Source: Verrucomicrobiota bacterium (GTDB taxonomy: Bacteria; Verrucomicrobiota; Verrucomicrobiia; Limisphaerales; J093). Taken from it: a stretch of 64,000 bases of DNA. The DNA is taken from the NCBI GenBank assembly GCA_012517065.1, contig JAAYVR010000228.1, positions 6,502 through 70,501 on the forward strand. Direction: 5' to 3'. Within the stretch, counting starts at the first letter, position 1. Every line of letters begins with the position of its first letter. This document shows, piece after piece, positions 8,884 to 17,500 of this stretch. The translations under genes and the position numbers were made by a program. The notes below the pieces were generated by a model, which had not been told where the DNA came from, made no database searches, and saw nothing but the letters and a program-made list of their open reading frames with translations.

Positions 8884-10095
8884 CTAATTCTCGGCGCGAT
8901 AGTATTTTGCTGCGTCACTTGCCGAAATCACCAGTGGACTGGCGCTGGGAAGAGCGATGTCCCGGTACGGTCCTTGTGGTGCGTCAGCGGCCTGGAGCCA
9001 GCCGGTAAATGTAATCTTGACCTTGTCAGGCGGAACCTGGTCGATACGCAGTGTTGGGGTAGGGATTCCTTCAGGCCCCCAGACTCGGATGTTCGACACG
9101 AGGACATATCGCGAATACTGATTGCCGTTCATCCAGCACATTATGCAATTGATGCCGCTGTTTGGATCGACTTCGCCGGGGCAGCGTCGCATTCCGAACT
9201 CAGGCATCCAGATTGGGTCACTGAACGCCGGATCGCCAATGTGCGGGTCTATCCATTCTGGATCACCGTCGTGTTTGGCGGTTTGCCAGACTTCCTCTTC
9301 GCCGTCTCTTTGAGCGAAGTTGTCGTAAGTGTTAACGTAGGTCAAATCTCCGTCTATGCCGTTGGCGACGTACATTATGGTTTTCATGTGGAGTACCTTG
9401 CCGTCCTTGAATTCAGGGCCGTGATCAAACCAGCTTCCACCTCCGCCGCAAACTCCGACTCCGTTATACCGGCAGTCCTGGTATTTGGAAAGGCGCACGC
9501 CGGTGCTCAATTCGTTGTACTTCCAATTCGGGTTGCCGATATCTCCGTCTGCGGTTCTGTTCGCATAATCAGCCAGCGTAAACCCGAAGTCATAGCCGGG
9601 CAGGATATTATGGTAAGTGTTGGTTCTTGGATCATAGTCCTCGGGGATTTCGTTTGTGCAATGGAATTGCCAGTCCCACGTGACAGTGATGGGGCCGGTC
9701 ATTTGTTTTGGGAAATCAATCTTGAAGAAATAAGTCGCTTTGTTTGTTCCGAAGTTGCCGTCCGAGGCGACCATCATTTGTCCGCCGCCGATCGCCGTGG
9801 CATTTGTGACGGTGGCGATGTAGAAGGGTTCTGTTTCGCCGTCGGGTATCCAGCTCTTGCCGTTGTTTAGCGGGCTGTAAGTTTCTGGTGACGGTTCATT
9901 TGCAAGAACCCAGTCCCAGTCGGCATTGGCATTTTCCCACTTTGCACCGGTGGCTGGCTGCCCAATCAGCCATCCGTTCGTGTAGCCTTCCAAGGCCGAG
10001 AACTTGGTTTTGAAAAGAAGTTGCGCTTGTGTTTCCGAGGCGAGCAACATCAGCGAAGCGCACCCGAGAACCTTGAGGACTGTCGATGTTTTCAT
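8884..10095 (-). CDS. Secreted hypothetical protein (signal peptide; C-terminal ...YYRAEN module)
   Basis: Intact 403-aa ORF with signal peptide MKTSTVLKVLGCASLMLLASETQAQ. Trp/Asp/Gly-rich beta-type composition. No family recognised. Confidence 0.6.
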   Translation of the reverse strand: MKTSTVLKVLGCASLMLLASETQAQLLFKTKFSALEGYTNGWLIGQPATGAKWENANADWDWVLANEPSPETYSPLNNGKSWIPDGETEPFYIATVTNATAIGGGQMMVASDGNFGTNKATYFFKIDFPKQMTGPITVTWDWQFHCTNEIPEDYDPRTNTYHNILPGYDFGFTLADYANRTADGDIGNPNWKYNELSTGVRLSKYQDCRYNGVGVCGGGGSWFDHGPEFKDGKVLHMKTIMYVANGIDGDLTYVNTYDNFAQRDGEEEVWQTAKHDGDPEWIDPHIGDPAFSDPIWMPEFGMRRCPGEVDPNSGINCIMCWMNGNQYSRYVLVSNIRVWGPEGIPTPTLRIDQVPPDKVKITFTGWLQAADAPQGPYRDIALPSASPLVISASDAAKYYRAEN

Positions 10096-10411
10096 GGCTT
10101 TCCGATTACTTTTTTCTTTCCTTCAGTAGCTAACTATTCCGAATCGTTGGATCTGCAGAATTGATGTTTTGGGGTGGGGCTTCGCTGGCGAGGGCGTCAG
10201 AGAAGAGCGAACCACAAAGCATGTCCTCTGTTGATCATCTAACGACTGTGCGCACAATCTCAGCCAAGGCATTCTGTGTCAAGCAGAAACCTCAGCCCCC
10301 TGTTAACCCGTCAGGGTGCCAGCCAGCCGCACTCCGCCTGAGATGCAACCAAGCGTGCGGCACGATGACGTCTGAGGGGCTGCCGTCGGTCGCGGTACCT
10401 TGGTCGCCTCG

Positions 10412-10545
10412 CTAAACCGGAGATCTCACCGGCTCACCGGCGACCCGCACCAAAAGCTTCATTCTGGTGAGATTTCCGGGATCGAGTTCCGCTCTATCAG
10501 AATGCAAACAATCGGGTTGATGCGGCCGGGGACGGCCGCGCTCCC
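10412..10545. repeat. K-type hairpin repeat plus a solitary H module
   Basis: K arms are GCTAAACCGGAGATCTCACCGG (10412-10433) and TCTGGTGAGATTTCCGGGATCG (10463-10484). H copy GGGTTGATGCGGCCGGGGACGGCCGCGCTCCC lies at about 10514-10545, the same sequence as in the 8383-8835 array. Confidence 0.8.
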
Positions 10546-10646
10546 GAGCACGATTGCTTTTCCAACGCGAAAGCAAGGAAATACCCGGGGTGGGCGGGCA
10601 GCAATCGTCGGTCAGAGCCGTAGCTCAGACAGCACTATTCGGAGTG

Positions 10647-12077
10647 CTACTGTGAGGCTTCGAGAAGGCGTTTGATTGCGCCGATCAATACATTCTCAAC
10701 TTCGGGCGATACGTTGGAAGACGTGGGGCTTGTTTCGTACCCGCCTTCGGCGTATGCGACCTTGGTCCCAATGTACCCCGGGCCGTAATCCCCATAAGCG
10801 GCCATCGCCACGAAACGATCCGGCCTCATTGACTTGGCCGCCAATTGATACTCGACAAACAGTTCCCCCGGAAGATGCAGCAGGCGCGCGCGGCCCAGAC
10901 TCAGGCAGGTTACATCGATCTTGTGTCCGGACTTGCATCGGCGAAGAAATGCGAGCCGCGAGGCGGCGCCTGACAGGAAAAACGCCGGGTCAGGCTTGGC
11001 GAACTGCGCTTCGAGCTCGGTTTCGGACAGGTGTGATGCGACTGGCAATGCCACGGATTCGACGGCCCACTTGACGTCATCGGGCTTGATTGGTTCGCGT
11101 CGCGTCTGTTCCCATGCACGGCGCATGCCGTCTGCCAAACGTTCTGCAAGAATGCGCCGGTTCTCGGGCGATCCGTCGTTGTATTTGCCCGCACCGAGGT
11201 TGCCGCCTGCTCCGTTGAAATGTACGTGCAAAGCCGCTGGAATGGCCAGTTGCCTCAAGAACCTCGCAACCCCGGGAAAGTCCGGATTCGGAATGCCGGT
11301 GCGATAGTAACTTTGCGGGTGGACAGCATAATAAGTGAGGACCGCCAAAGGGCGTTCTCCGTTCCAGAAGCTGATCATCGAAAGCTCGGGGTCGATCGTT
11401 CCTTCGGGTTCGGCGCGTAGCGCAGGGTCCTTGCATGATGTGTACCGGGTCGCGCGCACCTTGCCGTCAGGTCCAAGAATACGCCTGTTTGATGCGACTT
11501 TTTCGACGATAGCCTTGCCGAGGCCGATCTCGGTTATGGGTTGGGCGCGGGACAGGGATTCTTTTATTGCCCGATCGAGCCGATGCAGCACCTCTCGCGC
11601 GAAATCGCCATTGTAACTGGCAGGGTCAAGTCCGCGTTCTTTCAATATCTTCTCCGCGGAGAAATCGCAGTCTGGCGCATCATGCTGGTGGACGGTGTGA
11701 ACCGCCACACGCGACGGGATTGTGCCCGCAGCTTTCGCAAGAGTGGCGCGGAACTCGTCGTGACCTTCATTGGCGATGCCGATCCAATCCACAGCGCACA
11801 AGACAATTGGCTGACCGGCATTCATCAGGACAATCCCCCGCGCTTTCAGCGTGAGGTCCCACCAGTTCGTGACTGGGTCGTATGCCATTCGGCTCCCAAT
11901 CGGCGGTGTCGCATCCACGTCGAAGGTCGCAATCCGCACCAACTGGTCGTCTTTGACCGGCCCGGACGGAGAGAGGCTTTCGAGACCGCTCGCGTGTGTG
12001 GAACACAGGAGGAAGCAGGTAATCGACACGCCGATTGATGCTAGGAACCACTCGCGTCTGTTGAAGGTGCCGTTCAT
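10647..12077 (-). CDS. Secreted neutral-ceramidase-like hydrolase (family assignment tentative)
   Basis: TAT-like N-terminus NRREWFLAS. Contains HTVHQHDAP (compare the THTHSGP zinc motif of neutral ceramidases). Architecture is paralogous to 50284..51663. Confidence 0.5.
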   Translation of the reverse strand: MNGTFNRREWFLASIGVSITCFLLCSTHASGLESLSPSGPVKDDQLVRIATFDVDATPPIGSRMAYDPVTNWWDLTLKARGIVLMNAGQPIVLCAVDWIGIANEGHDEFRATLAKAAGTIPSRVAVHTVHQHDAPDCDFSAEKILKERGLDPASYNGDFAREVLHRLDRAIKESLSRAQPITEIGLGKAIVEKVASNRRILGPDGKVRATRYTSCKDPALRAEPEGTIDPELSMISFWNGERPLAVLTYYAVHPQSYYRTGIPNPDFPGVARFLRQLAIPAALHVHFNGAGGNLGAGKYNDGSPENRRILAERLADGMRRAWEQTRREPIKPDDVKWAVESVALPVASHLSETELEAQFAKPDPAFFLSGAASRLAFLRRCKSGHKIDVTCLSLGRARLLHLPGELFVEYQLAAKSMRPDRFVAMAAYGDYGPGYIGTKVAYAEGGYETSPTSSNVSPEVENVLIGAIKRLLEASQ

Positions 12078-12276
12078 GGGGTTTTAATATGACGTTGGGT
12101 TGCGAACGCCGCAAAGCGAAAAGTGCAAGCCCCGGAATCTCACACGAATCAACTCATGTATCTATCCGTGGGGTGGGTGGTGTGATTTGGTGGCCGGTCC
12201 TTCTAGTGCGAAGCCTCGCCAACGGTTTTTTCTTTTCTGGAGGGCGGTTTTCGTGTTGCCTTTGGTCCCGCGACTG

Positions 12277-13476
12277 ATGGGAAATTCGTTTAAACCAGAA
12301 TCATTTGTCGCCCAGCACGTGGCATCAATTCCACGTTCGGGCATACGTGAGTTTTTCGACCTTGTACAGGGTCGGCCGGGCGTCATTTCGCTGGGTGTTG
12401 GTGAACCGGATTTTGTTACGCCATGGCACATTCGTGAGGCGGCTATATACGCCCTTGAACGGGGTCGAACCAGCTACACTTCCAATTTCGGGCTGTTGAA
12501 ACTGCGCGAGGCGATATCGAATTACGTGAATGAGAAGTTTGGCGCGCGTTACAATCCTGTAAACGAGGTTCTCATTACAGTTGGTGTGAGCGAAGCACTG
12601 GATCTGGCATTGCGCGCGATATTGAATCCCGAGGACGAGGTCATTTATCACGAACCGTGTTACGTGAGCTACTCGCCGAGCATCGTCCTTGCCCGCGGTG
12701 TGCCAGTGGCTGTGTCGTGCCGGGCTGAAAACGGATTCGCCGTCGCGGCAGATGCGATCGAAAAGGCCATAACGCCACGGACCAAAGCTGTAGTACTCAA
12801 TTTTCCAACCAATCCAACCGGCGGTACGATGACGGCGGAAGCCCTCGGCGAGGTTGCCGATGTAATCAAGCGGCACAATCTGCTTGCCATCACAGACGAA
12901 ATCTACAGTGAACTCACTTTCGAGGGCACGCACACGAGCCTTGTTTCCCTGCCGGGAATGGTCGAAAGGACGATTCTGCTCCACGGTTTTTCGAAGGCAT
13001 ACGCTATGACCGGGTTCAGGCTCGGTTACGCATGCGGCCCGGCCCCGTTGATTGAGTCGATGATGAAAATCCACCAGTATTCAATGCTATGCGCCAGCAT
13101 CGTCAGCCAGGAGGCCGCGTTTGAAGCGCTTCGGAATGGCCATGCCGATATAATCGAAATGCGCGAGCAGTACCGGCTCAGGCGGAATTTCATTGTCAAT
13201 GCTCTCAATGAAATGGGGCTTCCATGTCATATGCCCCGCGGGTCGTTCTATGTTTTCCCGTCGATACGTCCAACGGGCCTTTCATCCAAAGAATTTGCCG
13301 TTCGCCTCTTGAAGGAGGAGGGCGTGGCATGTGTGCCCGGCGACGCTTTCGGCCCCAGCGGCGAAGGACACCTGCGCTGTTGTTTCGCGGCTTCGATGGA
13401 GAAACTCTCAGAAGCCGCCTCGAGAATCAGACGGTTTCTTGGGAAGCTGGGGACTGCGCGCGAGGACAAGGCTTAA
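12277..13476 (+). CDS. Class I/II PLP-dependent aminotransferase (aspartate-aminotransferase-like)
   Basis: Motifs: LGVGEPDF, NPTGG, and the PLP-lysine motif GFSKAYAMTGFRLGY. The start is moved to ATG 12277 (MGNSFKPE...), and the upstream 59 codons of the track ORF look non-coding. Confidence 0.8.
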   Translation: MGNSFKPESFVAQHVASIPRSGIREFFDLVQGRPGVISLGVGEPDFVTPWHIREAAIYALERGRTSYTSNFGLLKLREAISNYVNEKFGARYNPVNEVLITVGVSEALDLALRAILNPEDEVIYHEPCYVSYSPSIVLARGVPVAVSCRAENGFAVAADAIEKAITPRTKAVVLNFPTNPTGGTMTAEALGEVADVIKRHNLLAITDEIYSELTFEGTHTSLVSLPGMVERTILLHGFSKAYAMTGFRLGYACGPAPLIESMMKIHQYSMLCASIVSQEAAFEALRNGHADIIEMREQYRLRRNFIVNALNEMGLPCHMPRGSFYVFPSIRPTGLSSKEFAVRLLKEEGVACVPGDAFGPSGEGHLRCCFAASMEKLSEAASRIRRFLGKLGTAREDKA

Positions 13477-14224
13477 CCCGCATTTTCCCAGCCCGGCGTT
13501 CCCGGAACCAAAGTCGCCTGACAGGCACTGCCTCGGCTCCAACGCCCCCTCGGACTGTCAGCCACGCCGGGCTCAGACCCCATGACGTCGCGGAAAGAGC
13601 GATGAACGTTTCCTGACCTACCACGACGATGTTTCCGCACATAAACCGTTGGCAATAAACCAAAGTTTTGGCGAATTGGTGTCACCCCAAATTCTGGTTC
13701 GAGGACCTCTGTGCGGCGGGATCAGGGAATCTGAGACTAGCTCCCAACCACAACCAACTCGTCCGCCCAAAGGTGGGACTCTAACCCGCCGCGGGCGTGG
13801 CTTCGCCCGATGGACGCAAAAACCTATCGCCGTTAGATTTCCGCGTTTAAGCGGGTAACTGAAAGCTTTGCGGCCCTAATTGCGGTACCCCAGCCCTTTG
13901 CGCCTACGCCAAGGGGTGACCTGCAGCGCTCCGAGCCAACTACGTGTCTGTCCCCATATGGCCCCATTCGATCTCGCCGCTGATCCCGATGGTTTTTCAC
14001 GCGCTGCCGAGGATGCAATGGGCGTTGGTAGGCGTGAAGCGCTTGGAGTTCGGCAGCTTGCTGCCGCTTTGTCTTAGGCACAAACAACGTGTCTGTCCCC
14101 GTATCGGCATCCGAGGGGTTACTCCACAGACTTCGGCAACCGCGGATTGGAACAAGGGGCAATTTGCGGGCCGCACCGCAATCAGGAAGCAAAATCCAAA
14201 CAACTCGAATAGAGTGCCAGGCTC
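13477..14224 (+). repeat. Composite repeat island I (modules B, C, D, A, E, A, F, inverted A-variant)
   Basis: B lies at 13477 to about 13620, with arms 13490-13499 and 13564-13573. C hairpin is 13775-13842 (GGGACTCTAAC...GTTAGATTTCC). D is 13843-13941. A copies are at 13942-13961 and 14087-14107. E is about 13975-14086, F is 14108-14205, and the inverted A-variant is at 14208-14224. Copies of the same modules occur at 16577-17500, 36848-37206 and 49604-50225. Confidence 0.85.
14051..14075 (+). terminator. Terminator-like hairpin inside module E
   Basis: CGGCAGC-TTG-CTGCCG is followed by CTTTGTCTT. It lies sense-downstream of the aminotransferase gene. The stem is short. Confidence 0.35.
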
Positions 14225-14384
14225 GACATTCAATCACTCACATGCGAACTCGACTACAACACTCGGTACTCGGATTTGTGAGCGCTCGTGTCAGTTGCGC
14301 GTTTCGCAAGCACGCTGCTTCGTCCTCAAAGAACGGAACATAGAAGTTTGACTTGCGGTGAGCTGAAAACTAGATTGAGGCCTG

Positions 14385-15437
14385 ATGCTGGCCGTTAAAT
14401 CCAAAGCCGCGGACTATACTCCGGCTGATGTGAGCTCATCCGAATCTTCTTCCACTTGGAAGCAGATTGTCGGTCCGGTGGAGCCTTTTCTGCGGGCGGT
14501 GACAGTTTTCCTCGAGGAACAGTTGGGGGCGTTTGAACCTGAGGTTGCCGCATACGCACGTTATGCGCTCACGAACCAAGGAAAACAATTACGACCGGCG
14601 TTGGTGGCTCTGAGCGCCGGCGCGTCCGGCAAAAAGAACGACGGCCTTGTCACCGTGGCGGCAATAATCGAAATGGTGCACCTCGCAACATTGGTCCACG
14701 ACGATGTAACCGACCATGCCAGCATTCGTCGCTGCCGGCCGACCATGGCTGCGAACTGGGGGAACACCGCATCCGTGTTGGTCGGCGATTGTTTGTTTGC
14801 GCACGCGCTCACACTGGCCGCTGCTTTTCCAACGCCGGACATTTGCCGCGCCGTAGCCCAGGCAACGAAGATCGTTTGCTCGGGGGAGATTCTCCAAACC
14901 CAGCGCCGCGGGTGCATCGGACTCGGCCGGACAGAATACGATCGAATTATCCGAATGAAAACGGCCGAGCTATTTGCGCTTTCATGCGACTTGGGAGCGC
15001 ACATGGGGGGCGCACAGCCCGGCCAGCGCGCGGCGCTTCGGGCTTACGGAATCTCGCTCGGCATGGCGTATCAAATCTACGATGATTGCCTCGATGTGTT
15101 CGGCAGCGAGAACAAGGCCGGGAAATCGCTCGGGACCGATCTGATTGGCGGGAAATTAACTTTGCCTGTTATCGTCTCGCTCGAGAGGGGAACTTCGAGT
15201 GACAGGCGCGAAATCGAGCGCTTGATCGCAGAGGGGGACGCGAACGGGCTGCCGCGCTTGCGCGTTTTGTTGGACAAGTACGATGCACTGGCGGAATCAC
15301 AACGCGTAATCTGTGACCACTGCCGTGTTGCCAACGAATGTCTGTCTGTTTTGAAGCCCGGCCCGGAACGGGACAGTCTAATGTCCGCCGCTGCTTTCAT
15401 CGCAAGGCAGGCATTTGCGCTGGGCGAATCGGCTTAG
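14385..15437 (+). CDS. Polyprenyl diphosphate synthase (long-chain, IspB-like)
   Basis: First and second aspartate-rich motifs are LVHDDVTDHASIRR and IYDDCLD. 350 aa. Confidence 0.8.
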   Translation: MLAVKSKAADYTPADVSSSESSSTWKQIVGPVEPFLRAVTVFLEEQLGAFEPEVAAYARYALTNQGKQLRPALVALSAGASGKKNDGLVTVAAIIEMVHLATLVHDDVTDHASIRRCRPTMAANWGNTASVLVGDCLFAHALTLAAAFPTPDICRAVAQATKIVCSGEILQTQRRGCIGLGRTEYDRIIRMKTAELFALSCDLGAHMGGAQPGQRAALRAYGISLGMAYQIYDDCLDVFGSENKAGKSLGTDLIGGKLTLPVIVSLERGTSSDRREIERLIAEGDANGLPRLRVLLDKYDALAESQRVICDHCRVANECLSVLKPGPERDSLMSAAAFIARQAFALGESA

Positions 15438-15453
15438 CAAGGTCCGGGCAAAG

Positions 15454-16074
15454 ATGACAGCCACTCTCCGCACACCCGCAGCACCAGCGACGGACGCGAA
15501 AGAATCCGTGTCCGACGCCATGCTGGTGGCGCGCGCCAAACGAGGCGACCTCGACGCTTACGACGAGCTTGTCAGGCGTTATCAGGAGCGCATCTACTCG
15601 GCCATGTACCACATGACGTCGAACCATGAAGACGCCAGTGACCTCACGCAGGAGAGTTTCATAAAGGCCTATCGCGCGCTCAAATCGTTCAAGGGCGATT
15701 CCAGCTTTTTCACGTGGCTTTACCGAATAGCCATTAACAAGGCGATCAACTTCCTAAAACAGCGCAAGCACGTCCATGAGATGAGCCTTGATGACCTTGA
15801 CCTGAACGCGGAGCACGACCCGGACATTGTTGCGCTGATTTCGGAAAAGACGCCCCGCCGGCAGGCCGCTCTCTCCGAGCTTCAGGTCAGATTGAACGAA
15901 GCGATGCAGAAACTGTCTGAACCTCACAGACTGGTGGTTACGTTGCACGACATTCAGGGCCTGCCGCATGAGGAGATCGGGCGGATAATGAACTGCAATG
16001 TTGCCACCGTGCGAACCAGACTGTTCTATGCAAGACAGCAGTTGCAGGCTTATTTGTCAGACTACATCAAGTAA
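15454..16074 (+). CDS. ECF-type RNA polymerase sigma-70 family factor
   Basis: Region 2 (YDELVRRYQERIYSAMYHMT..DASDLTQESFIKAY) and region 4 (HRLVVTLHDIQGLPHEEIGRIMNCNVATVRTRLFYARQQL) are present. The start is uncertain (15415 or 15454). Confidence 0.8.
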   Translation: MTATLRTPAAPATDAKESVSDAMLVARAKRGDLDAYDELVRRYQERIYSAMYHMTSNHEDASDLTQESFIKAYRALKSFKGDSSFFTWLYRIAINKAINFLKQRKHVHEMSLDDLDLNAEHDPDIVALISEKTPRRQAALSELQVRLNEAMQKLSEPHRLVVTLHDIQGLPHEEIGRIMNCNVATVRTRLFYARQQLQAYLSDYIK

Positions 16075-16080
16075 CCGAAA

Positions 16081-16581
16081 ATGAACTCACCAGAGGAACA
16101 GTTCAGCGAGCTGCAGCGGTTGTTGGCCATAAAGCGCCACGAACGGCCGCCCCCCGGCCATTTTGATCGGCTTGCACAGCAAATCCGGCGCGCCCTAGAA
16201 GCCGAAACCGTTGGTGCTTGCTCGACATGGTGGGAAAGGTTCATCAGCCGGTTTGACATGCAGCCAGCGTGGGCAGCGGCGCTTGCGGTTGCAGTGGCGG
16301 CTGTTTATCTGTACGCTTTCGTAGTATCGCAAGGGCCGCAATCACAACAGCTCTCAGTTCACCATCCTGCATCTCAGGACTGGGTGTCGGCTACTCATCC
16401 CTTCTGGATTCCTTCCGTTGCCACCAGCCTGAATTCCGGAGAGGAATCACGCGCGCGAAGCGCCACACCGTTTAGATCAAGCGTCGGGCCGATTATGGGA
16501 ATGGAGCCCGTCCATGGCTTCCTCACATCGCCGCGCAATCCGGATGTTTTGCCCGCAAGCTTGATCATAAGAACTCCCTAA
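16081..16581 (+). CDS. Putative membrane anti-sigma factor
   Basis: Lies 7 nt downstream of the ECF sigma gene. It has one TM segment (AWAAALAVAVAAVYLYAFVV). Its stop codon TAA (16579-16581) lies inside the left arm of a K hairpin. Confidence 0.55.
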   Translation: MNSPEEQFSELQRLLAIKRHERPPPGHFDRLAQQIRRALEAETVGACSTWWERFISRFDMQPAWAAALAVAVAAVYLYAFVVSQGPQSQQLSVHHPASQDWVSATHPFWIPSVATSLNSGEESRARSATPFRSSVGPIMGMEPVHGFLTSPRNPDVLPASLIIRTP

Positions 16582-17500
16582 CCCGGAACCTCACTGGCCC
16601 CCCCGGCTCGCATTCACCCATTCCTCCACTCCTGTGAGATTTCAGGGTTAGGCTGCGAATTCGCTCAATTCCTCCGTATCTGCTTCTCTGGCGGCCAGTA
16701 ATGCGGCCACAACGGCACGGCCTTTGGATGAGTCCGAATAGGGGGACAGGCACGTTGTTTGGGCGTTAGAACAAAGCGGCAGCAAGCTGCCGCACTCCAA
16801 GCGCTTCGCGCCTACCAACGCGTAGTGCATCCTCGGCAGGGCGTTAGAAACCATTTGGATCAGCGGCGAGATCAAACGAGGCCATATGGGGACAGACACG
16901 TTGGCGGGTCGGAGCGACGCTGGTGGCCCCTTAGCGCAGGCATAAAGCGCTGGGGTACCGCAATTAGGACCAGAAAGCTCTCAGTTTTCCGCGTCAACGC
17001 GGAACTCTAACGGCGACAGATTGTTCTGAGCATTGGGCGATGCTGCGCCCACGGCCGTTAGAGTCCCGAATTTAGGCGGCTTTGAAAGGTGCATTCATCG
17101 AGCAGTAATAGCTCTGAACGTTGTACGTTGAGCGTTGTACGTTGCACGTTCCCGAATAGATAACCCAAATGATGAGCTAACAAAGCGTTCAACGTACAAC
17201 ATGCAACTCGCAACGTTCAACTGGGTCGCGGTTTTGCCACCCGAATGCCTTTGTTCGCCCGCGGCTGTCAGAATCCCGTCTTCAGGCGGAAAAGTCACAC
17301 TGTGGTTCGAAGTTACTCTGGCGGCGACTGGTCCAGCGGGAGCTTGATCAGAGCGGTCTTCCCTGCTACGGAGTCGCAGCAGATACTCCGCAGCCCGGCG
17401 TGGCCGAGAGGCCTCATCGGGGGGCACGGGAGGCGAGTCAGTGCCTGTCCAGCAACTTTGGTTCCGGCCAAGCCGGGCTGCAAAACACGTGGGCTGACGG
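16577..17500 (-). repeat. Composite repeat island II (inverted relative to island I)
   Basis: K hairpin arms are 16577-16597 and 16631-16652. A(rc) copies are at 16737-16760 and 16883-16903. E(rc) is about 16765-16880, D(rc) about 16905-17000, and C(rc) 17001-17067. An ACGT-rich hairpin lies at 17117-17220. B(rc) runs from about 17345 to 17500 and abuts the cvpA-like stop codon. Confidence 0.85.
16767..16793 (-). terminator. Terminator-like hairpin inside module E (minus strand)
   Basis: The minus strand reads GCGGCAGCTTGCTGCCGC followed by TTTGTTCT. It lies sense-downstream of the minus-strand gene ending at 17501. Confidence 0.35.

Noticed and set aside
13944-14351. Small ORFs inside repeat islands (for example 13833..14237, 13944..14351, 16648..16899, 16759..17010, 36985..37308, 49686..50000, 49889..50344)
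   Set aside because: They are translations of the dispersed repeat modules. The same peptides reappear in both orientations because the DNA is repeated, and there is no start context or family signature.
17135-17347. 70-aa ORF across the ACGT-rich hairpin
   Set aside because: It is generated by the inverted repeat itself and has no coding signature.
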